In this document: in pieces, positions 12,701 to 38,185 of the stretch
Position numbering within the stretch: position 1 is the first letter of the stretch
Layout of the letters: each line of letters starts with the position of its first letter
Assembly: GCA_040954595.2 (NCBI GenBank)
Contig: CM082589.2
Coordinates: forward strand, 186,001-250,000
Source: Balanoglossus misakiensis
Lineage: Eukaryota > Animalia > Hemichordata
Reading direction: 5' to 3'
Length of the DNA: 64,000 nucleotides
Position numbers and translations under genes: made by a program
The notes under the pieces: generated by a model
The model's database searches: none
Told to the model about the DNA's origin: nothing
What the model saw: only the letters and a program-made list of their open reading frames with translations

Positions 12701-14729
12701 GATAACTGTTTTCTGAAATCAGGTAGTATATCTGTTGAGATAGTGTGGTTTTGGATTTATAGGGAGTTATCATTTCATTTCATTAATAAAATTACAAATG
12801 CACCTGCACCAACACCACTGACAACAACAAGATCATTGAAACAAAACAGCCTCCATAATATGTCACATTTTTGTTTTTACTCAAAGGACCATCTGGGAAA
12901 GGAAGACCTCGGCATTCAGAGCTGAAGAGAAAGTATAAAGATATCATGTCAAGAGAAGACTTTGATGAACTTTTTGGATCTGATAGTAGCCAGGATGTTG
13001 ATCAATTTGAAGAGCAAGAAGAGCCTTCATTGAAACCTAAAAAGCTTTTCAGACGTGAATTAGGTACAGTAGATATTTTTCTACATTTACATAGGTGAAC
13101 TCTCTCTAAATAAAGACAATACAGATTGCTTCCAACTCACATTTTGAGAGATGAAGGGTGTCTGTGTTGTGTGTTATGGGGCTTGGTGGGCAATTCTGTG
13201 AATGCATGCATGCATGCATGTGTGTGTTATCCATTGTACATCATACACAGTGAGTGAATACTCATGGCCCTGTCAAAGATTTGATGGGCAGGTCTATTCT
13301 ATTGAACCAAAATGTGTTGTGAATAATTGTGGACACCTCAAATTACTTCTGAATAACATAAATGTTGCCTGTGATTGTTTTACATTCAGTTGAACCTGCA
13401 GCTGCTGATCCTATTGTAGATGTAGAGATACCATCATCATCTGAGCAGACAGAAGAAGAATTGAATGATTCAGCCACAACAGTTGCAGAAGAAGATGAGG
13501 GGTCTTCTGTGGAAAGTTTTGGTGTATCAAAACTTTTGAATGATTTAAGTGCTGAAATCAAGACTGCAATGAAGGTATGTTGTCAGATAAATACAGTGCT
13601 TGAGTCAAAAATAATTATGATGACGAATTTCTATTGCATAAATTTTGAATCTAACAGAACAACTTTTCCTCAGTTGATATATATTGAAAACCTAATATGG
13701 TCTGACTTTGTTTTGTGTTTAGAGGAGAAAAAGTTTGGTGGAGAAATCGATGAAGACAGTTGTGCAAACCACCAAAACACAAATCTCAACTTCATTGAAA
13801 ACAGACTCTGAATCGAGGTAAGAGATTGGGATAGTGTGTCTTGCAAGATGTGTGTCAAATAAAGAAATCATTGGTTTGATGGAAACAGTTGTATCAGGTC
13901 AGATGTCTCAGGGACAGAGAGAGAGACAAACAGCATGTGTTATTGGCACATTCCACCTCTATGCAATAAAATAACATTCACTGTTATCAACCATGTTACT
14001 AATTACAGACAGAAACGGTTCCACAACTTTAAAGACAGCATCCTTCAAGAAATGGTTGGTTTTGAGAGACGCCTTGATCAATTAAGTGAAGTGCAGACGG
14101 ATTTTGCTGAACTTTTCAAGAAATATCAAAGGAAATTCTCAACCTTACTAACACACAACCAGTCCAGGTAACATGCACATTAATGTTGGTTCAAAGTTAC
14201 CTTCAGTGTCCCAGGAAAGTTCTATATTTCTGATAATCTGTGTGACTTATAAGTATTGTGTCTGAAATATATTTCAAGAGCACCGTCAATAAGCAGAGAT
14301 CTGTTCTAAGACTACATTTGTCAGACTCGCAATTTGCAAACACTGACATATACCCTGTAATTATTCTTCAGTCTGGAGCGGATACGAGACATGCATGCAA
14401 GTTTCAATACAGAAATTGAAAAACAAGAGGAAAGTTATCAGGAACAGGATCATAGCATACAACAAACAATGAAAAAGGAGTTAAAAACCATGCAGAAAAA
14501 GATACTCCATGATTTGGTGAGTAATTATCATGATGAGATCAATTTTGTTCCCTCTTACTCAGAAGTGAAATGAAAATTTGCTCAGGATTCATTTCAAAGA
14601 GCACATCTTCAATGTCAAAGTAAAATTACTGACACAATTTCATTTTTATTTTCACAGCAACAGAAAGAGATACAGAGAATGAAACATGCCTTGCAGATGA
14701 CCCTTCTGTCAGCGTCATCCACTCACTGA
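3745..14729 (+). CDS. SYCP2: Synaptonemal complex protein 2 family (SYCP2/SYCP2L pro-orthologue), many short exons
   Basis: Spliced GT-AG exons from ATG 3745 (MKEPELK) give AGDYEMQVSIIETLFR, KKWF..FAAIRDQCFET/DCRKFLNIINSSMGDKQR/VFSLPCASAYL, KPYDENLTEFWVDFN and WETV. These match the SYCP2 armadillo-like plus Spt16M-like N-terminal domains. A long K/R/S/E-rich disordered middle follows (large exon ~9477-10469), then a C-terminal coiled coil (QQTMKKELKTMQKKILHDL/QQKEIQRMKHALQMTLL, TGA at 14727-14729). Confidence 0.9.
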
Positions 14730-15332
14730 CCTAAAGACTTATGTCACGACATGAACCAAGAAAGTGTTTTGTTATCAATTTGAATATGTACCGTTGTGTG
14801 TGCTGATATTGTTTGGAGGTTATTTACTAAATAATTACAAGCAATTTGTTGCTTTGCCTTTGGCTATAGCTACTGTTACAATTATCACATTGTGGTACTA
14901 TAAAAGTGTAAGTTTATTCTCTGATCGTAACATAGTTTTACTATTTGGAGTGAATTTGTGATTTAGGCCAAAACCTTTTCTTCTTTCTGGCCATTGCCTG
15001 CATCATATTCTGAGTACACCTATACTACTTAGTTCTAGAGTACCGGTATGTTATAACTATATTCTTAATGTATTTAGTTTTATTGATTTCATGAAAAATG
15101 ATAGTTGAGTGAGAGTGCCTTTGCCACTGAAATATGTGGTATTATTTGAAGGACTGTTGACTACTTTCCAGGTTGTCGATTATTGTGACAAAATTCTTGT
15201 CATAATATGAGCTAGATGTTTGATTTACTAACTAGGTTTGCTTGTACATGTTTCATGTTGATTGTCAAGTCAAACCAATTCTACGTAAACTCACAAAAAA
15301 AAAAAATTGTTTTCTATCATTGAAGTATTGCC

Positions 15333-15388
15333 TATTTAATATTTATATCAACTATTGTTTATTTAATATTTATATCAACTTTATTGTT
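15333..15388. repeat. Two-copy ~28 bp tandem duplication
   Basis: tatttaatatttatatcaact(a/tta)ttgtt repeated twice. Confidence 0.7.
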
Positions 15389-15414
15389 GAAAGAAGAGTG
15401 TTGCATTAATTTAA

Positions 15415-16032
15415 TTAAAGGGGAAATCCGTCGTAGCTGATTTCTACATAATTTGGTAGCTTTGATGTCACTCTTTCAGAAAAAAACATATTCGCCATGT
15501 ATAGGTCGCGCGATTTTTTACAAAATCTAGGGAAAGTTGGCAGAATTTCCAATATGGCGTTTACTGTAATTTGAATCATGGGAAAAAAAGCGCCAGGACC
15601 AACTTCCGCCCACCTTAGTGTGGGTGATACCATTTTCCGATTGGTGTCACTGCGTCACAAGCTAAGCGTATTTGCATATTTTCCATGGGTTATAGCTCAT
15701 GAAAACTGTCAATAGATGACAAATTTTCGACTTTGCTGATGATTGTTTATCAACTGATGCAAAGAACAAACAATAGCTATGAAAATACGCCTAGTCTGTC
15801 GCCCAGTGACACCTATCGGAGAATGGTATCACCCACACCATGGTGGGCGGAAGTTGGTCCTGGCGCTTTTTTTCCCATGATTCAAATTACAGTAAACGCC
15901 ATATTGCCAACTTTCCCTAGATTTTGTAAAAAATCGCGCGACCTATACATGGCGAATATGTTTTTTTCTGAAAGAGTGACATCAAAGCTACCAAATTATG
16001 TAGAAATCAGCTACGACGGATTTCCCCTTTAA
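15415..16032. mobile_element. Non-autonomous fold-back DNA transposon (MITE) with TTAA target site, Kolobok-like termini
   Basis: TTAA-AGGGGAAATCCGTCGTAGCTG...CAGCTACGACGGATTTCCCCT-TTAA. The inverted arms are ~230 bp and near identical, with a 9 bp indel near 15543, and produce mirror-image ORFs. TTAA duplication with RR...YY ends is the Kolobok pattern; piggyBac ends begin CC. Confidence 0.85.
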
Positions 16033-16274
16033 GATTGTTATTTTCAAAGGATTAATATTTAAATGTTAACATACATGAATTGAATTTTCTATTATGAAAA
16101 ATTTTCTAATATATGTTCATGAGATGTTGAATGTTTCAATAAAAAAAGTGAAAAAAACATACACTGTAGTCTTTAGTTGTTACGTATGCCTGGAGTTCAC
16201 AGTGTACAGCTGTCACCATTACACCAAATGCACATACACCAACATGGTTTTACATAAACATGCAACATTTATTA

Positions 16275-16554
16275 TTATAACACACCATGCAGCGAACCCT
16301 CGATCGTGATTCGTCAATACGACGTCACGTGACCTTAGTCATTTCGAACTGTTGCCTGGTGCATCAGTTCGATCGGTTTGGTGTGTTATAAAACACATGA
16401 TGGCCGACATATTCGGGCAACAGTGTATTTTTAATGACCTCGGGACTGCCAGTCACACCAAAACAGTCTGTTTTCCAAGACTGTTTTAGTTGTGACTAGC
16501 AGCACCCTCGGTCATCAAAATACACTGTTGCCCTCATTGTCAGTCATCATGTGT
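16275..16554. repeat. Bipartite hairpin element (two abutting inverted repeats), probable non-autonomous transposon relic
   Basis: TTATAACACACC...GGTGTGTTATAA (16275-16391) is immediately followed by a ~160 bp imperfect palindrome ACACATGATG..GGGCAACAGTGTATTT..AAAACAGTC / GACTGTTTT..AAATACACTGTTGCCC..CATCATGTGT (16393-16554). Confidence 0.7.
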
Positions 16555-18492
16555 ATACTGTAGGCCTTGAGCAGACATTGTCAGTTCAAGTGTGTGGCCG
16601 GTCTGGCTACAGAGGTGAACTCCTAAATTACACACATGTACGGGAGTTCACCTATAAACAGAATACACCATACTTCATGCAAGTGAAAAATACAGAAATA
16701 CAGCTTCAAAGTACATGTACAATGAAGAACTAACCTGAAAATGAACAGAGACATCATCAGTTCTGGTGTGCTACCGGTTTGGCTGCAGAGGTGAAGCGAC
16801 TGATTTTATGCATGGGGTCGTTTTACATCATCAAGCGTGGTGCCACATTAGCTTGTGTTCATTGGTCAAATGAACATCCAGGTGGTTTGCATATAATTGA
16901 GATCAACAAATCAAAGGTAAGTTCTATCATTACTGGAAAGGTGTTCACATGAATAAGCAACCAAATAGGGACTGCAAAGAACCCAGGTGTAGCATACATA
17001 CATACACCAATGAACCCAGGAGGCTCTTACAGTACCTTGCATGAAACCATTCAATTATCCACATGATAGATCAGGCTCGTTTACTTCATCACCAATACTT
17101 GTCTTGTCTTGGTCAGCATTACTTGACATCAATTTTGCTCCACAGCCAAAGGTCTTTCTCCTGTGCCTTGGACCACAAGCCACCATTATTACTCGCCCTT
17201 TTGAAGGATTCTGCATTCACAACCACACTCCACTTTCTGACAAAATACATGATGCTTATGCCTACACATCAGTATTCACTGCAAGCCCTTTGAATGAATA
17301 CAAAACTACACACATCTATTTCCAATTTTTTTCTATTTTATTAACCATAATCCCACAGTACAAACTACAATACTCAGACACAATTAAAGCGGCACTACAT
17401 CAATTCATTATGCAGAAGAAAAATAAATTCTTTCTTTTTAAACACTGTTTGCTTACATCAACAATACAAACCTCAAATGAAGATTGTGCCAAATATGATA
17501 CATAACAAATATCAGTGAAGAATTTTTCCAACATTTTACAATCTTGCAATCTAGAAGTTTTCTCTCCTTCTTCGTATGTAAATGCCTCAATTTTCCCTGT
17601 GTATCGAGGGTGATGACAATGTAAGATGACATATTTTTTTACTTACTTGTATTCAAGAAAGTGTATTATAAAGATTGATACAAAACAGCACCAAATTTGA
17701 CTCAATCACTGATTTAAGGATGATACAGTGATTTGTGATCAACTCCAGGTACACAAACTTCTGTAATAACAACATTTAAAGTCTGTTGAACATAAATGTT
17801 TGACTTTAACAGGGATTCAAAATACACATGGCTACAGCTGGTACCAAAGTTATACATAACATGAGTTCACAAAAGTTGGAAATCATGGGAAAACTTAAAA
17901 AAAAGTCCATCTTTTGCTGATTGTAATACTGGTACATTATTTTTTATGTCAGAAGTTGGCATGGAAGGTGAAACTCTGGGTGAATAAACACAAATAGAAC
18001 CTTGACTACATGAAGTTCTCAAATAATATGTAAAATAACATTGTCTCAATCATCAATGTGATATCTATAAATGATATCCTACTAGATTGTATCTGGGCTG
18101 CCATAAAAATCTGTAACATGACAAAATAGCTTCTAAAGTCTAACAAAGTAATAAACCAAGAACTGAAATCACATTTAGCTGTGAACCCCCCTAAAGAATG
18201 ACTACGGTATAATCAACTCTACATTCAAGTCAACATAGCAAGTACTTTTTTCAATAAATATATAACCTATGGAAACCTCACAAAAGGTATTGAAACTTTG
18301 CTTTCTTATTTTAACTGTAGGTGACAGAACATGAAAAAGTTAATCCAAAAAATAAAATTTCTGTAAATACGACTTCCTACATTTTAACTTAACCTTACTG
18401 TCCATCTATGGTCTTTTTGGCAGTGGTCTGTTTGGTGTGGCCGGGTGTCCATCCCATCAAACTGGCACATAGTGGTCCACTCTGGTCTGGTT

Positions 18493-31810
<13,318 letters not shown>

Positions 31811-32059
31811 ATCAGAAAAAAAGTTCGACTGCTTTTGCGACAGGCTGGTAAGTGGTCGTCAAGGGTTGGTGGTTCTGTCGTCACACACCCACGTGGTCAA
31901 TTGACAGCACAAAGCGGTTAGCAGGTTCTTGAAAAACGGTCACTAAAGTCTACAAAATCACCCCTTAAATTGCAAATAAGAACACCAAATGAAACAGGGA
32001 GAACGGGAAAGATGTTGTCAACAGCTGGACCAAAAATAGAAGGGCGTAGTAGATAAATT

Positions 32060-32625
32060 ACCTTATAAAATTAACTCGAGTGTAGACGACCCTCTAGAAA
32101 AAGCCGAACACATTGGCCGTCCGCCATTGATTGAACAGACACGTTGCGCGCCGGCGCATACAGTCATAAGTCATGACGTCACTAGCATATTTTAACTTCA
32201 AGGCTGTATATATCTTTTCATTTCATTCTGATATGATATAAAACACACTTCACACGAAATATGGTAACACGAAGAGTTAAAGAATGAATTATAAAGGCAA
32301 TTCTCGAAACGCCGCAGTCTTAGCTTTTGACGTTTATGTGGAAAATACGTGAACTACTGGTGGAAAATTTTGCATCAAGGTCAAGGCAGGACACAACCTT
32401 CAACCCCGGAACTCATAGTTGTCCTCTGTAATGGCTTAAAATCGTCCCCTGAAAACATTGTATTGACAAATTTAACTTCTGTTTTCCATATAAAATTAAA
32501 TTAATAGTATGCATTTGTCAGTCTATTGTGATGCCGTCGCTTGGAAACATTTCAGAAAATATTTCCGTGAACGAGACTACCTATTAACGTGGTGCACCCT
32601 GGGTAGAATTCAATAATTTGTCAAA
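32060..32625. promoter_or_regulatory. Divergent promoter region shared by CAD and COX5B
   Basis: Start codons are ~815 bp apart on opposite strands. A minus-strand donor near 32062 suggests a non-coding CAD exon. Motifs: CCGCCATT (YY1-like) at 32121, a GCGCGCCGGCGCA GC patch at ~32147, TGACGTCA (CRE) at 32174, TCAAGGTCA (ERR element) at 32375-32383. Confidence 0.6.
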
Positions 32626-33727
32626 ATGGCTTCGTTGATTAGTCGCACACGAGTTTGTAGCCTTTTAGCCAGGCCTTACATTTTGTCATCGGTTAGAACG
32701 ATGGCAAAGGGTGGTGGTGAGTATTTTTGATAATTTCTGGTTCATTCGTGCTTCCAAAACGACCAAATAGTCGCTGTTTGTCATCTACACTGGGAATCGT
32801 GCGTACCGGCATATCCAAGATGGCGGTCGTCAACGCGTGCAGTTTACGAAACAGTTATATTTACACTGATTTTGAATATCAGCAGTTATATTTATTTATA
32901 TTCAATCATTCAGAATCCTTCGAATGGCATTATTTATAGATATTCTATAAATGTAGTTCATTTCTGCGTCCAGAAGAGGCGTAAACCACGTGACCTAGTT
33001 ACGTGAACTTACTCATGTCGGATATGACCTCACCCGACTCAGTGAATGATCAAAGGTCACGTCACACTCGTATCGAATACAAGTCGTTTGTGATTAATCA
33101 AATTATGTGTGTTCTTTCAGGTGTTCCACTGAATGAAGAACATGCAACAGGAATGGAAAAGCTAGAGATGGACATGAGGGACTCTGGTCTAGATGTAAGT
33201 ACACCAACCACACATTATTGATGGCGTTGAAGTCTCGGTCTCCAGTTGGAAATCTAATATATTTTTATCATACATTAAATTGTGCAGTGTATGCTGTATC
33301 AACAGTGAAACTGATTTGTACTCTATACTGTGTTCATTGCAGGACCCTTTTCACTTGAAACCCAAGCATGTTGCACCTGGAACAAAGACAACCCCCACAC
33401 TAGTACCATCAGTGTTTGAAAAACGAATTATTGGCTGCATATGTAAGTCACATGAACTCTTGCTTTTTTGCTTATATTTTAAATGATGTATGTTGGGTGT
33501 AGTTTGTGATTTCTTTGTGTCTGTTATGTTTTATGTTTGTAGTCAGCATATAGGACTTGTTTAACTTTTTCATATTTTGTTGTGTTTGCCCAATCATTAC
33601 AGGTGAAGAAGACGCCACAGCAATAAACTGGATGTGGCTAGAGAAAGGAGACGCCCAACGTTGCGACTGTGGTCACTACTTCCAACTTTCAGAAGGAACG
33701 CCTATACAACCTGTAAAGAGAGTTTGA
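32626..33727 (+). CDS. COX5B: Cytochrome c oxidase subunit 5B, mitochondrial (129 aa)
   Basis: Exons 32626-32716, 33121-33194, 33343-33442, 33603-33727 join in frame. Arg/Ser-rich presequence, then GGVPLNEEHATGMEKLE, PTLVPSVFEKRIIGCICEED and WLEKGDAQRCDCGHYF with the four zinc-binding cysteines. Confidence 0.95.
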
Positions 33728-35398
33728 AGACTATAAAATGTACATTGGCAGCATTAGTATGGAACATGGATTTACTTTAAAAGATTGGTCTTTATTGAGG
33801 TTTCTGTTTGCAAATTGACTAGAGTGCTTTCTATCTGTATGTTTTTCAGTTTGCAGTAAACCCTTGTTTCTTGGGTTTAGCAAATCTATAAAATACACCA
33901 GAATTAATCAAAGTAATTGAATTGGCTGTCATACAGTGGTTGTGCTTGCTTTGCATCCCCCCATTTATTTGTACAGAAAAGTAATTTGCTAGTAAGTATT
34001 GTCTCCTCAGTTAAGTTTTAAAGGCTTTAAAATTACCACCGCTTTGATTGATTTCTACAGCAGCTGTTTGACAGTACTGACTAGTACCTATGCAGAACAC
34101 AGGGTTTCCGATGCTGGAAATTCCTAGAATTTATGCCACTCTTGGAAAGTCCCAGAAAGAGAAAAAACACAACTGGAAATTTTGGATTAAGCCAAACATC
34201 CTACATTCAAATGTGTGAAGAACTGTAATTCTATAGTTTTGATTTGATTATGGGTATGCTACACCAATGTATGTGAAAAGTGGTTTAAATGCACTTGTAA
34301 ACATAGCCCTTGCAGAATACTGGTATTTTTCTTGCCCAGAAATAATACACCACTGACATTCACTTCTCCATCTGTTCAAATTGATGCTGCCCAGTTTATT
34401 TAAATATTGTGTGATAGTGGGTTAGCTGTATTTTTTTAAAACCCGAATTATATTGAGGCCAAAAATATACAAGCCACATCTCAGATCTGGCATGCAAGAT
34501 CCATTGTTTGGAATTGTGTTTTGTTGCCGATATTAACCAAGTTTTACAAGTTCTATGTTTGTAATTAAGATAATTGATCCCAATAAATTAATATCTCAGA
34601 CATCTGACTAAGATGTGTATATATAGTAATAGTACAGAACAGACCCAGAACACAGCGACCATCTTATTTTGCCCAAGATTGAATGGTGTAATTTGTATGA
34701 TGTTTGGTTGGCCATGAAAATGCCCAACTAGCTCATTTCCTCAAGTGGTGTCCCTGCTTCTTATTAACCCTGACCAACAGGTCACCAATGACGTCATTTA
34801 AACGTTTTCTTCCAAGGCCAAGTTCAGTGGGTTAGAACTGTGCCCTATCAAGCAAACATCCCTCATGTGTGGCATAGAGGATACAAGTTTTTGGACTAAC
34901 TGCTTCAGAATTGTTTAAAAGTCTTCAAAGGCATGTAACAGTGACTGTTACCACTAGCAACCAAGGTCAAATGAGGCCATTCATTAAGTTTGGCAAGGTT
35001 GACCTTCAGACAATATGATGACTCATGAAACCGACTACAGGTGAAGCGCCCTCATTGCTCACAAGTGAAGTTGTTTTGTTTTTCACCCAAAATGTTTATT
35101 CCAAAACAGTCTATGCGTTTTTACATATCATCTGAAATGTACAAGCACACTCTAGCAATCAAAACAGGAATTTAAAATTCATCACACTCCACAGCATGTC
35201 TGAAATTGCATGTACTAAGAATTACAACTGACAACTTGTGTTGTCTGCAAGTTTTAGCACCACGACACAGTTCTCATACTCTTCCACCAATAACTCATGA
35301 AGATAGTTTCATGCCATTTATGGCAGTTTTATCAAGCAGACAAGAAAAAAATGCCATATCTCTTTGACTACATGGCAAAACCATGTAGTAAGGTCTCA

Positions 35399-36173
35399 CT
35401 ATAGATTGTTATAGTCAATTCCATTTCGTATAATTTCCCTTTCCTCCGTCGTTGGAAGTACTGGTCTGATGCCCTGGCTTCTGCGATCTTTCATGATATT
35501 ATTCTGTGGAGACAAATAAACAACATTAAACCAGCATTTTCTTTTTTTATCAAAAATGAAATAAGAGTAGCATATACTCTTGAAAACAAAATGCTGTGAA
35601 GCTTTTAACCCGATGAGATAACTTACCCAAAATTTTTTACAATTCTTGTAAGTTGTAAATTGCATGTAACACATATCTTTGTTGAAGTTTGTATCATGAA
35701 GGCATTGGAAGGAGGCTTCAGCTTCCTGGAAAATACACAAAGATTAAAATTTAAGTTTTCCCAATTTGACAGTCTAACAACAGCTCAGAATGAACGTGGA
35801 CGACCAAATACTGTTAATTGTTATTGTAGTCTCAACCTTTGACCTCCAAATCCCAGGAAGTTTTGCAATGAAATGCGATCACTGAATCATGGAGGTTATC
35901 CCCATGTCTATTACAAAATGTAAATTTCTGCATTGCCCCTTGGGATATCATAACATCTATATCCCGCAATTCCAATGTATCTTAGAAATCATATTGATTC
36001 TTTAGAAGAATTACCGAGTGGCATGGGTTTGTATCTTCGTCCGTCCACCTTTTTGCTCGAGTATTTGGTCCTCTACGTTTCTTGTTGAGTTCGTGGATTG
36101 GGAGATCTGGTTTACGATGTGTTGTGGCACTGTGCATACCGGTGGTTGTGGTACCAGCTGAAGTCGAGTCCAT
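35399..36173 (-). CDS. CHCHD7: CHCHD7/COX23 twin CX9C intermembrane-space protein (120 aa)
   Basis: Exons 36173-36015, 35725-35627, 35503-35399 join in frame: DTNPCHSEAEASFQCLHDTNFNKDMCYMQFTTYKNCKKFWNNIMKDRRSQGIRPVLPTTEERE. This gives twin CX9C motifs and the CHCHD7-type tail. Confidence 0.92.
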
Positions 36174-36429
36174 TGCGGTCAATTATGTTTCGCACCCGAG
36201 CTAAGTGTGGCATTGGGATCTAAGGGACAACAATATACTAGCTTCAAAACAAACCAAGATCACGGTTACGATGACCACACACGCGTACACATGCTGCTCG
36301 CTCAGAACTATGACGCGAGTGCAGGTGTTCCCCCATTTACCCTGTACCTACAGATACAGAAATGTATGTTTAGAACGTATGCATTGTGAGCAAATTTGTC
36401 CGAAATTTTGGCAAGAACGGATTTAATCT

Positions 36430-36712
36430 TTCCTCTGAATCACTTCAATGGTAACTGATTTTGTTAAAAAACGCCTCGACTTTCTCTAATTTAGCTCAAA
36501 TTCGCATTCAAATGTACTGTTGGGAACATGGTGGAATACGGTGAAAGAGGTAGCATTACGTCATGAAATACCCAGAATGCCTTGCGTATAAATATCAACA
36601 TGGCCGTCGATTTGCCGAAAATCATTCAAAAATTCAATGAAAAATAATTCAGTCCTTGCAATCGGGATATAATATTTTAAAGATTGTCTCATACGGTGGG
36701 AAGTGGTATAAG
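36430..36712. promoter_or_regulatory. Bidirectional CHCHD7/PLAG promoter with ZNF143(Staf)-like and YY1-like motifs
   Basis: TACCCAGAATGCCTTGCG at 36569-36586 and CAACATGGCCG at ~36596. A plus-strand donor AG/GTAAGT at 36713 and a minus-strand donor near 36347 suggest non-coding first exons facing outward. Confidence 0.6.
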
Positions 36713-38185
36713 GTAAGTGTGAACGTAATATCTTCTCTCTAGGTGGTTTTACATCCTATTTTATAGCCAAGAAATAATGAGCAAAAGACGTCCTTTTGTG
36801 CACACCCTTTTTGTACCCCCTACATACTTCAACATCACTGAATACATTCCTGCGCAATTTCTCGGATTTGCCAACAAATTGCAGTTGAGTCTGAGCTTAC
36901 TGCGACACCAGACTACTTCTGCTGGTCGCTGCTTATCATTCTGCGCATATGCACACTATTTATTGTCTTCTGTCCCTTTGTCTTAACCGATATACAATTG
37001 ACAGAATACAAGCTGTCAAACTGATCGTATTTGGGTCTCGGATATTCATCAGTTCATAGCCCGGACAGCTGGCAATGGTAGGATGCTATTACCCAATGTG
37101 AATTTGTTATATAGCACCTACACTACACGTACAACATAAGTTTTATGTATCAGCTTACAACTATAGCTTTAACCTGGAGAATATTTAAAATTATTTTCTG
37201 TGAATGACAATAATTAAATTGATCGGTGATAGTAAAACTAAAAGTCTTGTACTCTGTGAATGGATGGTAGAGCTTGTGAATTTCGCAAATGTCAGCGAAG
37301 ACTACAGTTAAAAGTATTGGTAATCTTATTCCACGGTTGACTTTGGGAAACTTTTTTATTCTGTAGTGTGTTTAGGGTTTGTTTCCTTGTATGCTCTCAC
37401 AAAGGCCTTTGTTTCCATCTGTGTAGAGGAATAATTTGCATATGAAAAATTAGATTGTAATTTACGTTCCATCTTTTATTGAATTGTACTGACAACTTAA
37501 AATTACAGCATTTAGCAGACCTTCTTGTTTCTGTAATATTTGCTGTAATGATGTCAAATGCCAAAGATTAATGTATAATAAATAATAAAGTCTACTAATA
37601 AAAACAGTAAATCATGTAAGTGAAATATACGTACATTGGGCACACATAGAATTATTACCAGATTTGCCAACAGCAATATTTACATAAGTTTAATTATTAT
37701 TTTAGTTTTTAAATCAGTCAATTTCTATCCACCACTGGCCAAATTTATTGCTTCATGTAGTGAAAAATACATAATTTCAACAGAAATCACTTTCCCGATA
37801 CTTATTTTTCTGTAAAAAGCATTTAATGATTGATGCAAATAATTGTGTTTTTAGTTCATTTTAAAATTAAACCAGCAATTGAACAGAAATGTCAAAAGTC
37901 AGTGCAACCTATTTATAGCATGCCAATTTAATTTATTTCAGTAGTTCATCTAATTTTGTTGGAGGGTAATTTGCATAGTTTTGTACAGATGATCACCCAT
38001 TTATTACTGTGTGTGACTGTGAGTTCCAGAATTGCATGTTGTTTCTCTGGTAACTCACAGTCCCTCAGGGGTAATAGACGAGTGCTGTAGCCCTCATGGC
38101 CTGGCAGTTAACTAATCTTATTTTCCCCAACACTTTTTATTTTTACAGGCGAGTGCAGTTATCCCACAGCTTCCACTGTATCAGA

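Noticed and set aside
15415-16032. Two near-identical ORFs on opposite strands (MVSPT..YDGFPL)
   Set aside because: They are mirror images produced by the inverted arms of the MITE, with stops at the TTAA target sites. No transposase or other protein motifs.
17041-17505. 154 aa plus-strand ORF
   Set aside because: Antisense to the probable CAD 3' UTR, with no splice context or known motif.
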